A DNA stretch of 64,000 nt from a virus. The notes under the pieces are model-generated. The model was given only the letters and a program-made list of their open reading frames with translations, made no database searches and was not told the origin of the DNA. Shown in pieces: positions 56,428 to 64,000 of the stretch (within the stretch, counting starts at the first letter, position 1; each line of letters starts with the position of its first letter). Made by a program: the position numbers and the translations under genes. The DNA lies in the IMG/VR virus record IMGVR_UViG_3300023184_000081, positions 1 to 64,000 of that record. One strand, given 5' to 3'.

Positions 56428-56900
56428 ATAACACAGTTAAAGCAAGTATAGATCTGAGAGACTGGGATACAAGATTTTTGGATCTTACAGAGCATATTTC
56501 CAAATGGAGTAAAGATCCATCTACGAAAGTGGGTGCCGTGATTGTAGACTCGCAACGCAGAATCGTATCCACCGGATATAATGGATTTCCTGTTGGAGTT
56601 ATGGATTCGTATGATCGCTTGACTAATCGCGATAATAAATATGAAATGATAATCCATGCTGAAGCCAATGCTATTCTTTTTGCTCATCAACGTATGAATG
56701 GTATGACGCTATACACAACTCCATTTCAGCCATGCAGTCGATGCGCTTCTCTGATCATTCAGAGTGGAATTTCTAGAGTTATATCGTATGAAATAGAAGA
56801 ATCGAAAAATCGTTGGGTGGATAGTTTTAAACTAGCGAAAGAATTATTCGAGGAAGCCGGAGTCGAACTTCTACTTTTGGAAAAGGTGTATAATGTTTAA
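56424..56900 (+). CDS. dCMP deaminase
   Basis: SKDPSTKVGA, GYNG, HAEANA, PC..C. Confidence 0.93.
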   Translation: MNNTVKASIDLRDWDTRFLDLTEHISKWSKDPSTKVGAVIVDSQRRIVSTGYNGFPVGVMDSYDRLTNRDNKYEMIIHAEANAILFAHQRMNGMTLYTTPFQPCSRCASLIIQSGISRVISYEIEESKNRWVDSFKLAKELFEEAGVELLLLEKVYNV

Positions 56901-57057
56901 TTTGATTTTCTCTGCAATGGCTGGATGTTTCGCATTTATATGTTCGAACAATTCACAAGAAATTGGAGTGCTTGGAGCAATTGGATGGATTTTAGTTTCT
57001 GGTTATTTCTTTTTGTGTGAATTGATTGAACAATATATTCAGAAAGAAAAACAATGA
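56893..57057 (+). CDS. Small membrane protein
   Basis: 54-aa hydrophobic ORF coupled at both ends. Confidence 0.45.
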   Translation: MFNLIFSAMAGCFAFICSNNSQEIGVLGAIGWILVSGYFFLCELIEQYIQKEKQ

Positions 57058-57245
57058 ATAGAATAGTCGAAATCTCAAATCCATCGGTCGAGCGTATGAT
57101 TGCCGAATATAGATTAGCTCAAATGACAAAGTCGATTCGAGTAGATCAGGAAACTGCTGTAGAAATGGAACAGCACGTAAAAGATCTAAAGATCATCAGA
57201 GAATCGTTAGATGGTAAGGGTAAGACAGTAGATATAACAATTTAG
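57054..57245 (+). CDS. Hypothetical protein
   Basis: ATGA-coupled ORF. Confidence 0.5.
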   Translation: MNRIVEISNPSVERMIAEYRLAQMTKSIRVDQETAVEMEQHVKDLKIIRESLDGKGKTVDITI

Positions 57246-57255
57246 AAAGTATGAT

Positions 57256-57825
57256 ATGCCTTCAGTATTTTTAATCGCAGATACACATTTCGGACATAAA
57301 GGAATGTGTACGTTTACGCGAAATGATGGAATTACAAAACTTAGACCATTTGATACGCCTGAAGAAATGGACGAATTCATGGTCAAAGCATGGAATGATA
57401 AAGTGAAGCCTACTGATAAAGTATATCATCTTGGCGATGTCGTCATCAATAAAAAGTCTTTGTCTATTATGGATAGACTCAATGGCGATAAAGTTCTGAT
57501 TCGAGGCAACCATGATATCTTTCATGACACGGAATACAGAAAATACTTTCGTGAACTTCGTGCGTATCATGTTATGAACGGAATGATTCTGAGTCATATT
57601 CCTATTCATGATGAAAGTCTTGGTCGATTCGGAACTAACATTCATGGACATCTACACGCAAATCGCGTAAAGAAGAATGGCGAAATTGATGTTAGATATC
57701 ATTGTGTATCAGCCGAGCATGTAGATTTTACTCCGATTCTTTTTGAAGACGTTATCAAACGCATTGTAGAAGAAGGTGGACATGTCGGTTTCAAAAATGG
57801 GAATTATCAAAGCCCTGCTAGTTAA
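57256..57825 (+). CDS. Calcineurin-like metallophosphoesterase
   Basis: DTHFGH, LGD, GNHD, HGHLH. Confidence 0.9.
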   Translation: MPSVFLIADTHFGHKGMCTFTRNDGITKLRPFDTPEEMDEFMVKAWNDKVKPTDKVYHLGDVVINKKSLSIMDRLNGDKVLIRGNHDIFHDTEYRKYFRELRAYHVMNGMILSHIPIHDESLGRFGTNIHGHLHANRVKKNGEIDVRYHCVSAEHVDFTPILFEDVIKRIVEEGGHVGFKNGNYQSPAS

Positions 57826-57885
57826 ATGGCATAACGATCAATTTGTAGTGATCAGTAGGCAGTTCGATTCTGTCACAGGGTATCT
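57812..57885 (+). pseudogene. Degenerate tRNA (Thr-TGT-like) overlapping a stop codon
   Basis: GCCCTG/CAGGGT acceptor, D arm, GATCA/TGATC with 8-nt loop, GGCAG-TTCGATT-CTGTC; no CCA. Confidence 0.6.
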
Positions 57886-57903
57886 TAAAACCGGAGAGCA
57901 ATA

Positions 57904-58068
57904 ATGAGCATATGGGATGAATCGCACGAGAAAAAGCTGATGGAGAAACGAATCGCGAATTCCACTAGAAAACGTTCTTACTTTAAAATCTGCTGTATCT
58001 TGTACTATGTGTTGATTGGTGTGATTGGTTTATTATTTGGGGAATGGATTGCGCTGTGGATAAAGTAA
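57904..58068 (+). CDS. Small membrane protein
   Basis: GGAG RBS, C-terminal TM. Confidence 0.45.
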   Translation: MSIWDESHEKKLMEKRIANSTRKRSYFKICCILYYVLIGVIGLLFGEWIALWIK

Positions 58069-58490
58069 GTGATACGCCGAGGACGGATGCGATTGCTACA
58101 GAAGGATCAATCTACAGTTTTGGCGTAAGAATTACCAAGCTATCTAGAGAACTTGAACGCGAACTCGCCGCCGCAATTGAGCAGCGCGACAAGGCTAGTG
58201 GAAATGCGTCGAAGGAGTTGATGGACTGCAAGGGTTATGACCTATACCCTGACGGCACGATGCGACCGGCTCATGGCTTGGGCGAATGGGTTAAAGCCGA
58301 AGACTACGACAAACTCCACGCCGAGATTGCAATGCTGCGGAAGGATACGGAACGGCTTGACTGGCTTGATACTGTTGACTGCGGGATTAACCAATGTGGT
58401 TACGGAGAATACAGAGATTATACTGGGCGTGGATTTATAAAAAAGATACGCGAAGTGGTTGACGCGGCGATGAAGGAGTGCTGGAAATGA
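58044..58490 (+). CDS. Hypothetical protein in GC-rich island
   Basis: SDTPRTDA…LERELAA, RLDWL; GC-rich codons. Confidence 0.55.
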   Translation: MDCAVDKVSDTPRTDAIATEGSIYSFGVRITKLSRELERELAAAIEQRDKASGNASKELMDCKGYDLYPDGTMRPAHGLGEWVKAEDYDKLHAEIAMLRKDTERLDWLDTVDCGINQCGYGEYRDYTGRGFIKKIREVVDAAMKECWK

Positions 58491-58789
58491 GCACGCCAAG
58501 CGCAGCACAAGCAGCAGGGGAATCTTATGAGCAAAAGATTGCGCGTCTTGAACGCGAACTCGCCGCGCAGAAGGAGCAGTACCGCGTTCTGACGGATGAA
58601 ATGCTGGTTATCCATACCCGCTATGAAACGGTCAGGCGTATGCGGCCAGCGCAATTCGCTGAACTGTTCAGGGCAAACATTGAACAGAATATTCCGTTCG
58701 ATGATTTAGTGGACAACGCCGCCACCGCGCAGGGGCGGAAGGGAGGTGGTCGACAACCGCGCCGGTTGCCGACGAGATTCGTGCGATGA
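58478..58789 (+). CDS. Hypothetical protein in GC-rich island
   Basis: AAGGAG RBS, LERELAA; GC-rich codons. Confidence 0.55.
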   Translation: MLEMSTPSAAQAAGESYEQKIARLERELAAQKEQYRVLTDEMLVIHTRYETVRRMRPAQFAELFRANIEQNIPFDDLVDNAATAQGRKGGGRQPRRLPTRFVR

Positions 58790-58800
58790 AGAAAATATAA

Positions 58801-59049
58801 TTATTTTTTATCTTTAATATGTCTTAGCATCAATACAATATTGATCTTTTGATTGAGTCTAATCAAATCATTATCTAACATCCTTACACGATCGATTAGA
58901 GCTATCAATATAGTTTCAGCTTCTTTTAAGACAGGTTTGATTTCTGTCGTTGCCCATTTCCATACGAAATATATCAAATATCCCATCCCACCAGCTGCCA
59001 CAATCGGAAATCCGTATTTGTTGATAGCATCTACTATGTTCATGTCCAT
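58801..59049 (-). CDS. Small membrane protein (paralog of neighbour)
   Basis: GFPIVAAGG.GY…R.R..D.D.IR. Confidence 0.7.
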   Translation of the reverse strand: MDMNIVDAINKYGFPIVAAGGMGYLIYFVWKWATTEIKPVLKEAETILIALIDRVRMLDNDLIRLNQKINIVLMLRHIKDKK

Positions 59050-59051
59050 TT

Positions 59052-59330
59052 CTAATCCTTCCTAGCATCGCTTTGCCCGTCAGCTCTTGCGATACGATCA
59101 ACATCAGGTTTAATACCTAATGCGTTAGAAACTAAAGTGTCAATACGAATCACGTCAGAATTCATGGTTCTAACGCGATTGTTAAGTCCTCCGATTAATC
59201 CGGTCAGACCTCTAACTGTGGATGTGACGCCCTGCAGAATAAACCGTAGAGTTAAGAAGACAAAATATCCACCAGCACATGCTGCAGCTATTGGAAATCC
59301 TACTTCTGCTACAAGTTTAAAAAAATCCAT
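59052..59330 (-). CDS. Small membrane protein (paralog of neighbour)
   Basis: GFPIAAA..GGY…RVR…D.IR; TAATG-coupled to the nuclease. Confidence 0.7.
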   Translation of the reverse strand: MDFFKLVAEVGFPIAAACAGGYFVFLTLRFILQGVTSTVRGLTGLIGGLNNRVRTMNSDVIRIDTLVSNALGIKPDVDRIARADGQSDARKD

Positions 59331-60103
59331 TACAAACCACTCCAATCACTCAATACAGGCTGTGTGATTTCTATCTTCTGTAAATTAGATGGAAGTTGTG
59401 GCATAAAATTTATATTTGTTTCTAGTTCAATCGCTTTAATTGTTGTAGCATATTTTGGAAGGTCTCGAACTGGTAGTGCTTCATTTGGAAATATAAAAGA
59501 GATAACCTTACCCGTTTTGCGATCGATGATAACTTTCCACAACTTTGTAGGAACACCAACCTTGTTGTTACCTATAGTCAAATGATTTTGTTCATACAAA
59601 GTTCCTGTAACAACATAGATATCTTTTCCTTCAAGAACCCAATTTCTGATATAAGTTTCTAGTTGCTTCCATATCCCGCGATTGTGATTTGGAACTTGTG
59701 GAACCATATTTGACAGAAAGAAACTTTCACTCATAATTTCTTCCGATGTTGTATTGTTTCCTGCTGGAGATAGATGCCCGCGATCATATGGATTTCCGGC
59801 ATAGTCTGAAAGAACAGATTGATGCTCTTTTGGAATTTCTGGATCTGCCCTGAAATCATCTTCTCGATGAGCAGGACCAGAAACAGATTCTTTGGTTACG
59901 TGTTCCACCACATACTCTGCTGTTCTTGTGTCATTGCGATAATGAATCGCATAATTCTTTTTGCAAAGATATTGTGAATTCGTTAATTTGCTTACTGGTG
60001 CGCCGCGAACAACAAATTGTGGACAATTATCGTCTATCGGATTTGCGAATGTTTGTAGAGAAACGCATAAAACCGAAAAAAATATTAAATTTTTCATAGT
60101 CAT
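59330..60103 (-). CDS. Secreted DNA/RNA non-specific endonuclease (NucA/EndoG family)
   Basis: Signal peptide, DRGHL.PA, SNMVPQ…N.GIW..LE, VP…WKV; minus-strand TATAAATA at 60171-60178. Confidence 0.92.
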   Translation of the reverse strand: MTMKNLIFFSVLCVSLQTFANPIDDNCPQFVVRGAPVSKLTNSQYLCKKNYAIHYRNDTRTAEYVVEHVTKESVSGPAHREDDFRADPEIPKEHQSVLSDYAGNPYDRGHLSPAGNNTTSEEIMSESFFLSNMVPQVPNHNRGIWKQLETYIRNWVLEGKDIYVVTGTLYEQNHLTIGNNKVGVPTKLWKVIIDRKTGKVISFIFPNEALPVRDLPKYATTIKAIELETNINFMPQLPSNLQKIEITQPVLSDWSGL

Positions 60104-60214
60104 TATCTTCCGAATAATTTGTTTTTATTATGTATTCAGAGAGAATCTACGAAATTATCAATCCTGCATCTATTTATAACGCTAACCTATTGATTTTATT
60201 AGCCAAAATAAACC

Positions 60215-60243
60215 TTGACAATTAGCCAAAACCAGCGTATAAT
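60215..60243 (+). promoter_or_regulatory. Sigma70-type early promoter
   Basis: TTGACA-N17-TATAAT. Confidence 0.85.
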
Positions 60244-60249
60244 ATTCAT

Positions 60250-60645
60250 ATGAACATTGTAATTCAAACAAGAAATCTGTATCGATTTGAGAATGTATAT
60301 TTTCTCGGGACGGATGTCGTCGTTCAAAGATCTATCAAGGTTTTACAGAAGAAAATGGAGCGGATCTGGAAAGAATATAAAGATTCAGATTTTCCCATTC
60401 TCTTCGAAAGTAAAGGAACTCCTCACTGTGGAAAATGGATGTCATATAGTATAGAAAATGAAATTCATTTGGCTCCAGGTCAGCGTGATTATTTGACTCT
60501 TGTTCACGAAATGTGTCATGCCATGGGTAAAGGTTATCACAACAAAAATTTCGTAGATTTAGAATTTGATATATTGGAAAGATTTTTTAATATCGACCGT
60601 GGCGAGCTAGAATTAGCAGCAGGTCTATTTGGAGTGGATAGATGA
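60250..60645 (+). CDS. HExxH (SprT-like) protein
   Basis: LVHEMCH……H…F. Confidence 0.65.
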   Translation: MNIVIQTRNLYRFENVYFLGTDVVVQRSIKVLQKKMERIWKEYKDSDFPILFESKGTPHCGKWMSYSIENEIHLAPGQRDYLTLVHEMCHAMGKGYHNKNFVDLEFDILERFFNIDRGELELAAGLFGVDR

Positions 60646-60974
60646 GAGCATTGAAAGAAATTACGGAATGGAATGTTGGTTATAAACAACCAAATCATAC
60701 ATATTTGATCGACGATCACGATAACATAATTGCATACAGGAAATGGCATAAAGGCGAGCAAATCTTTTCAACTAGCAAATTTCCGCTAAATAAAAGATAT
60801 CGCAAATTTGTAGAGGTTGATGCTGCTCAGTTCAAATATACAGCGCCGGAAACCAAAGCTAACATCAAAATTGTTATTGGCAGCAAAGGCGACAAGTATA
60901 TTATAGATCTAGATAAGTCGACATGCACGTGTAATGGATTTAAATTTCGGGGAAAATGCAAACATATACCTTGA
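60642..60974 (+). CDS. SWIM zinc-finger protein
   Basis: GSKG..Y, CTC..F.FR..CKH. Confidence 0.8.
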   Translation: MRALKEITEWNVGYKQPNHTYLIDDHDNIIAYRKWHKGEQIFSTSKFPLNKRYRKFVEVDAAQFKYTAPETKANIKIVIGSKGDKYIIDLDKSTCTCNGFKFRGKCKHIP

Positions 60975-60999
60975 CAATTAGGTGTGTTCCTGATATAAT
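60971..60999 (+). promoter_or_regulatory. Sigma70-type early promoter
   Basis: TTGACA-N17-TATAAT. Confidence 0.85.
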
Positions 61000-61038
61000 A
61001 CATATGTTCCGAAGGGTCAATATTAATAGGATTTCATT

Positions 61039-61407
61039 ATGGGTATGATGCCAGTATATTTCACGACTACTTCTTTCAGGAAACGAAAGAAACAGAAGTT
61101 CACTAATGCAGCTTCAGCGAAGCTATCACGTGAGAATCAAGAAAGCTGGAAGAAGCTTCTTCTATCTCATGACGTAAAGAAAATTTCTAAGAATATAAAA
61201 TCAGTTCAAAGAAAGCCTGTTTCATACCGTGGAAGTGATTTGCCTAGAATACCTTCTGTCAAAGATACGTGGGAGCCATGTGTTCGACCAGCAGACAAAG
61301 TATACACTGGCGATGCGATTGTGGGTATTTCTACGATGCATAAGTCTAATGCAGTTCCTGTATTCAATAAACAAGCAGCAATTGATATTTCTAAGATGAG
61401 GCGATAG
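61039..61407 (+). CDS. Conserved T4-like hypothetical protein
   Basis: YTG…GI.TMHKSNAVPV…MRR. Confidence 0.7.
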   Translation: MGMMPVYFTTTSFRKRKKQKFTNAASAKLSRENQESWKKLLLSHDVKKISKNIKSVQRKPVSYRGSDLPRIPSVKDTWEPCVRPADKVYTGDAIVGISTMHKSNAVPVFNKQAAIDISKMRR

Positions 61408-61409
61408 TG

Positions 61410-61568
61410 ATGAATGCGCTGATAAAAATGTGGGATGACTTCGATGATTCGTTTTCTCATGTTCTATACGGCGGTGGGAAAGCATTTTCATCAATATTGG
61501 TAACTGCAGCTGCGATTGTAATTGAATTGAGCTTCGTCGGAATCATGGTTTGGTTGTTTGTATTCTAG
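61410..61568 (+). CDS. Small membrane protein
   Basis: 52-aa ORF with hydrophobic C-terminus. Confidence 0.4.
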   Translation: MNALIKMWDDFDDSFSHVLYGGGKAFSSILVTAAAIVIELSFVGIMVWLFVF

Positions 61569-61586
61569 AACAATTTAAGGAGTATA

Positions 61587-61757
61587 ATGATGGATAATAT
61601 TTTTGTTTGGTTGCGGAAATACGATTTGCAAATCGCTTGGTTTTTGATTGGTCTTTTCTCTTTTGCAGGTCTCGAGGCATTCAAGAATGATGACATTGTA
61701 ACTGGTTTGGTTTACTTTGGATTTGCTGCTATTAACTATTTACTCGTCAGAAAATGA
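61587..61757 (+). CDS. Small membrane protein
   Basis: AAGGAG RBS, two hydrophobic segments. Confidence 0.5.
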   Translation: MMDNIFVWLRKYDLQIAWFLIGLFSFAGLEAFKNDDIVTGLVYFGFAAINYLLVRK

Positions 61758-62050
61758 TGGGAATGTTTAATGAGGTAAATTTTTCTATGACATGTCCGGT
61801 TTGTGCAACGGAGATTAATGGATTTCAGACCAAGGACGGCACTCTTTTGCTCGACAATGTGGAGCCAGACAGTATAGATAATTTCTATTCATCATGTGAT
61901 AACTGCTACAGAACAGGTGTCAATACATGGATTGAATATTCTCGGGCACCAAAAGAGATGACTCACCGAGAAAAGAAACTCAGTGAAGAAGAAATTATTG
62001 CGATGGGTTTTGTTTTAAAAGTAACTTCGAAATATATGCCTTTACTTTAA
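61754..62050 (+). CDS. Zn-ribbon hypothetical protein
   Basis: MGMF, CPVC…FQTKD, C.NC. Confidence 0.65.
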   Translation: MMGMFNEVNFSMTCPVCATEINGFQTKDGTLLLDNVEPDSIDNFYSSCDNCYRTGVNTWIEYSRAPKEMTHREKKLSEEEIIAMGFVLKVTSKYMPLL

Positions 62051-62069
62051 CTCAAATCTAGCGTATAAT
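62041..62069 (+). promoter_or_regulatory. Sigma70-type promoter
   Basis: TTTACT-N17-TATAAT. Confidence 0.6.
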
Positions 62070-62075
62070 AACACT

Positions 62076-62927
62076 ATGAAGATCGCACTTTGCTCGGATT
62101 TACATCTAGAGTTCGGAGATATTATTCTCAAGAACACTGAGAACGCAGACGTATTGATCCTGAGCGGAGATATCCTCATTGCCGAAGATCTTCGTAGGAC
62201 TGCTAAATTTTTGGGAATGACTCCAGAGGAATTTGATCAGTCGATGTATCAAATCACTTATAGAGTCGAAGCAGCTAAACGGTTCAGAGAATTCTTGAGC
62301 AGAGTAAGTTTTGAATTTCCGCATGTGATATATGTTGCTGGTAATCATGAATTTTATCACGGAAAGTGGAATGAGACCATAGATGTATTGCGTGCTGAAT
62401 GTGCCAGATATGAAAATATTTATTTTCTTGAGTGTGATACAAAGGTCATTGAAGATATAACCTTTGCTGGCGGAACACTATGGACTGATTGCAATAAAGG
62501 TGATCCGCTGACGCTTCATGGTTTGACCACATATATGTATGATTATAGCGCGATCGTAAATGATAATGCTGGTTATACAAAATTGCGTCCGATTCATACT
62601 GTTGAACGCCATGATAAAACTAAGAGATACCTCAAGCATGTATTGGATAACACTGAGGGAAAAATCGTAGTTGTTGGTCATCATGCGCCAACTGCGCTCA
62701 GTGTTCATGAAAGATATGTTCGCGACACTATTGTAAACGGTGCATTTTATAGCGATCTGAGCGAGTTCATTTTAGATCATCCTCAGATTGTTCTATGGAC
62801 GCATGGACATATGCACGATCCTTGGGATTATATGATTGGTGATACTCGCGTTGTATGTAATCCTCGCGGATATACTGGTCAGGAAAGACGCGCATCTGAA
62901 TTCAAATTGCAGTATTTACAAGTGTGA
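62076..62927 (+). CDS. Calcineurin-like metallophosphoesterase
   Basis: SDLHLE, SGD, GNHEFY, HHAP, HGHMH, NPRGY. Confidence 0.9.
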   Translation: MKIALCSDLHLEFGDIILKNTENADVLILSGDILIAEDLRRTAKFLGMTPEEFDQSMYQITYRVEAAKRFREFLSRVSFEFPHVIYVAGNHEFYHGKWNETIDVLRAECARYENIYFLECDTKVIEDITFAGGTLWTDCNKGDPLTLHGLTTYMYDYSAIVNDNAGYTKLRPIHTVERHDKTKRYLKHVLDNTEGKIVVVGHHAPTALSVHERYVRDTIVNGAFYSDLSEFILDHPQIVLWTHGHMHDPWDYMIGDTRVVCNPRGYTGQERRASEFKLQYLQV

Positions 62928-63070
62928 CGAAGTGAAAACCATAAGAATATATGGAAAATTTAATTATTGGATAGATATTGAAATGGAAGATGATCAGAAT
63001 AACGATATGGCTATTATCATTGCCATGACTACTAATTTGGATAGATGGAACTGTGAGGAATATAAAGAAT

Positions 63071-63421
63071 ATGAGTGATTACAATCCAGACAAATGGGTA
63101 GTTGTTAAAATTACTCAAAAAGATGTATCTCCCATTTATAAGGTATTCGCTTCTTGGTATGGCGGCTATAATGGTTCGGATTCTTGGAGAATGAATAGTG
63201 GTATCGCCAAAGTTTCTTTCTATCAGGATCTCTATGAAGATGTGTATTCTTTTCATGGCTATTCTGGTTCGGTTTATGAATGCAACGATGGGAATTATGG
63301 CTGTAGTGTTTATGGCCATAATATTATTCTAGGTATGTGTGCAGACGCTGAAATGCTAGGTTTTGAAATCGAAATACTTCCTGAAGAAACTAACTGGCTG
63401 GAGATAAATTATGCAAATTGA
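63071..63421 (+). CDS. Conserved phage hypothetical protein
   Basis: PDKWV, W.GGY…DSWRMNSGI, G.SGS.Y.C. Confidence 0.7.
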   Translation: MSDYNPDKWVVVKITQKDVSPIYKVFASWYGGYNGSDSWRMNSGIAKVSFYQDLYEDVYSFHGYSGSVYECNDGNYGCSVYGHNIILGMCADAEMLGFEIEILPEETNWLEINYAN

Positions 63422-63617
63422 AATCGATGAAGCAATTATAGATCAAATTATGAAAACTGAATTGCGCGAGTCTATTGACTATCTGAAGATGGATATCAAG
63501 AAACTGAAAAAAAATAAATCGCGCGAGAAATATGAAGATGAGGATTTGAAGCACAACGAACAAATTCTTCCACACCTAGAAGCAGTATACAATTATTTTA
63601 CTGGGGAAACATTATGA
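63411..63617 (+). CDS. Hypothetical protein
   Basis: GGAG RBS, coupled ORF. Confidence 0.55.
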   Translation: MQIEIDEAIIDQIMKTELRESIDYLKMDIKKLKKNKSREKYEDEDLKHNEQILPHLEAVYNYFTGETL

Positions 63618-64000
63618 GATCGAATTATTGGACATGCAGCAAATTTGCTGACTGGCTCCGTGGAACTCCGAAACCACAGGCAGCCAGTAGCAAAGGGTGG
63701 GATGAGTGGAACGAAAAAGCTAAAGCTGATCATCCATTTCGTTTTTGGTTGGCTGATGATTTTCTTGATATAATGCAGAAAATTATTTGCTCGCCAGTAA
63801 ATCTTCTTTATGATATCAAATATTATATCAATAATCGTTGGGTTACTCGCACTCATAGTCTAACTGCTCATCCTAAAGATATCAAGCCAGGAGAGTGGAA
63901 AGATATTGGTCATCGCTTTCTTCCCTGCTTGTTCAATGAGCTTGTCGATTATGTTGAGGTAGAGCTAGCATGGTTTCATATAGTATGGGACTCGAAAGCA
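63614..64000 (+). CDS. Hypothetical protein, 3'-truncated by window edge
   Basis: MRSNYWTCSKFADWLRGT… open to end of window. Confidence 0.6.
   Translation, partial: MRSNYWTCSKFADWLRGTPKPQAASSKGWDEWNEKAKADHPFRFWLADDFLDIMQKIICSPVNLLYDIKYYINNRWVTRTHSLTAHPKDIKPGEWKDIGHRFLPCLFNELVDYVEVELAWFHIVWDSKA

Noticed and set aside
1-64000. Stop-codon reassignment
   Set aside because: Core genes are intact in the standard code, TAA, TAG and TGA all end genes, and there is no CUA/UCA suppressor tRNA
1-64000. CRISPR array, integrase or IS element
   Set aside because: No regularly spaced repeats and no recombinase or transposase motifs; the repeats found are coding linkers or RNA stems

Overview
A 64 kb AT-rich segment of a lytic T4-like (Tevenvirinae/Kyanoviridae-like) myophage genome, almost entirely on the + strand. 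A GH19 endolysin, spanins and a TorF-type outer-membrane protein indicate a Gram-negative host, probably a proteobacterium (inference). Contents in order: (1) the replication/recombination core (gp47, gp46, gp45, gp44, gp62, regA, gp43, uvsX, gp41, gp61, gp30), nucleotide metabolism (thyX, nrdA, nrdB, dCMP deaminase) and auxiliary genes (def, hsp20, cobS/cobT-like, 2OG oxygenase); (2) a lysis region; (3) a block of late, probably capsid-packaged His-rich proteins; (4) a glycan-modification and porin cluster; (5) a 25-tRNA array covering all 20 amino acids; (6) variable early genes. Main leads: (a) a C5 cytosine methyltransferase with the motif-X Asn replaced by Arg, coupled to a CmoA-like carboxy-SAM synthase, plus a stand-alone Asn-synthetase-like amide ligase, suggesting a DNA carboxymethyl-cytosine hypermodification pathway; (b) the tRNA operon has an rrn-like boxA and three non-tRNA RNA cassettes, each closed by a related ~20-bp stem starting at the CCA of the upstream tRNA, plus a tRNA-like RNA and a Lys/Arg micro-ORF; (c) enzyme-like late proteins carry a T4 capsid-targeting-like N-terminus, extreme His content and modular Glu-linker architecture. 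All calls come from reading motifs by eye; no searches were run.
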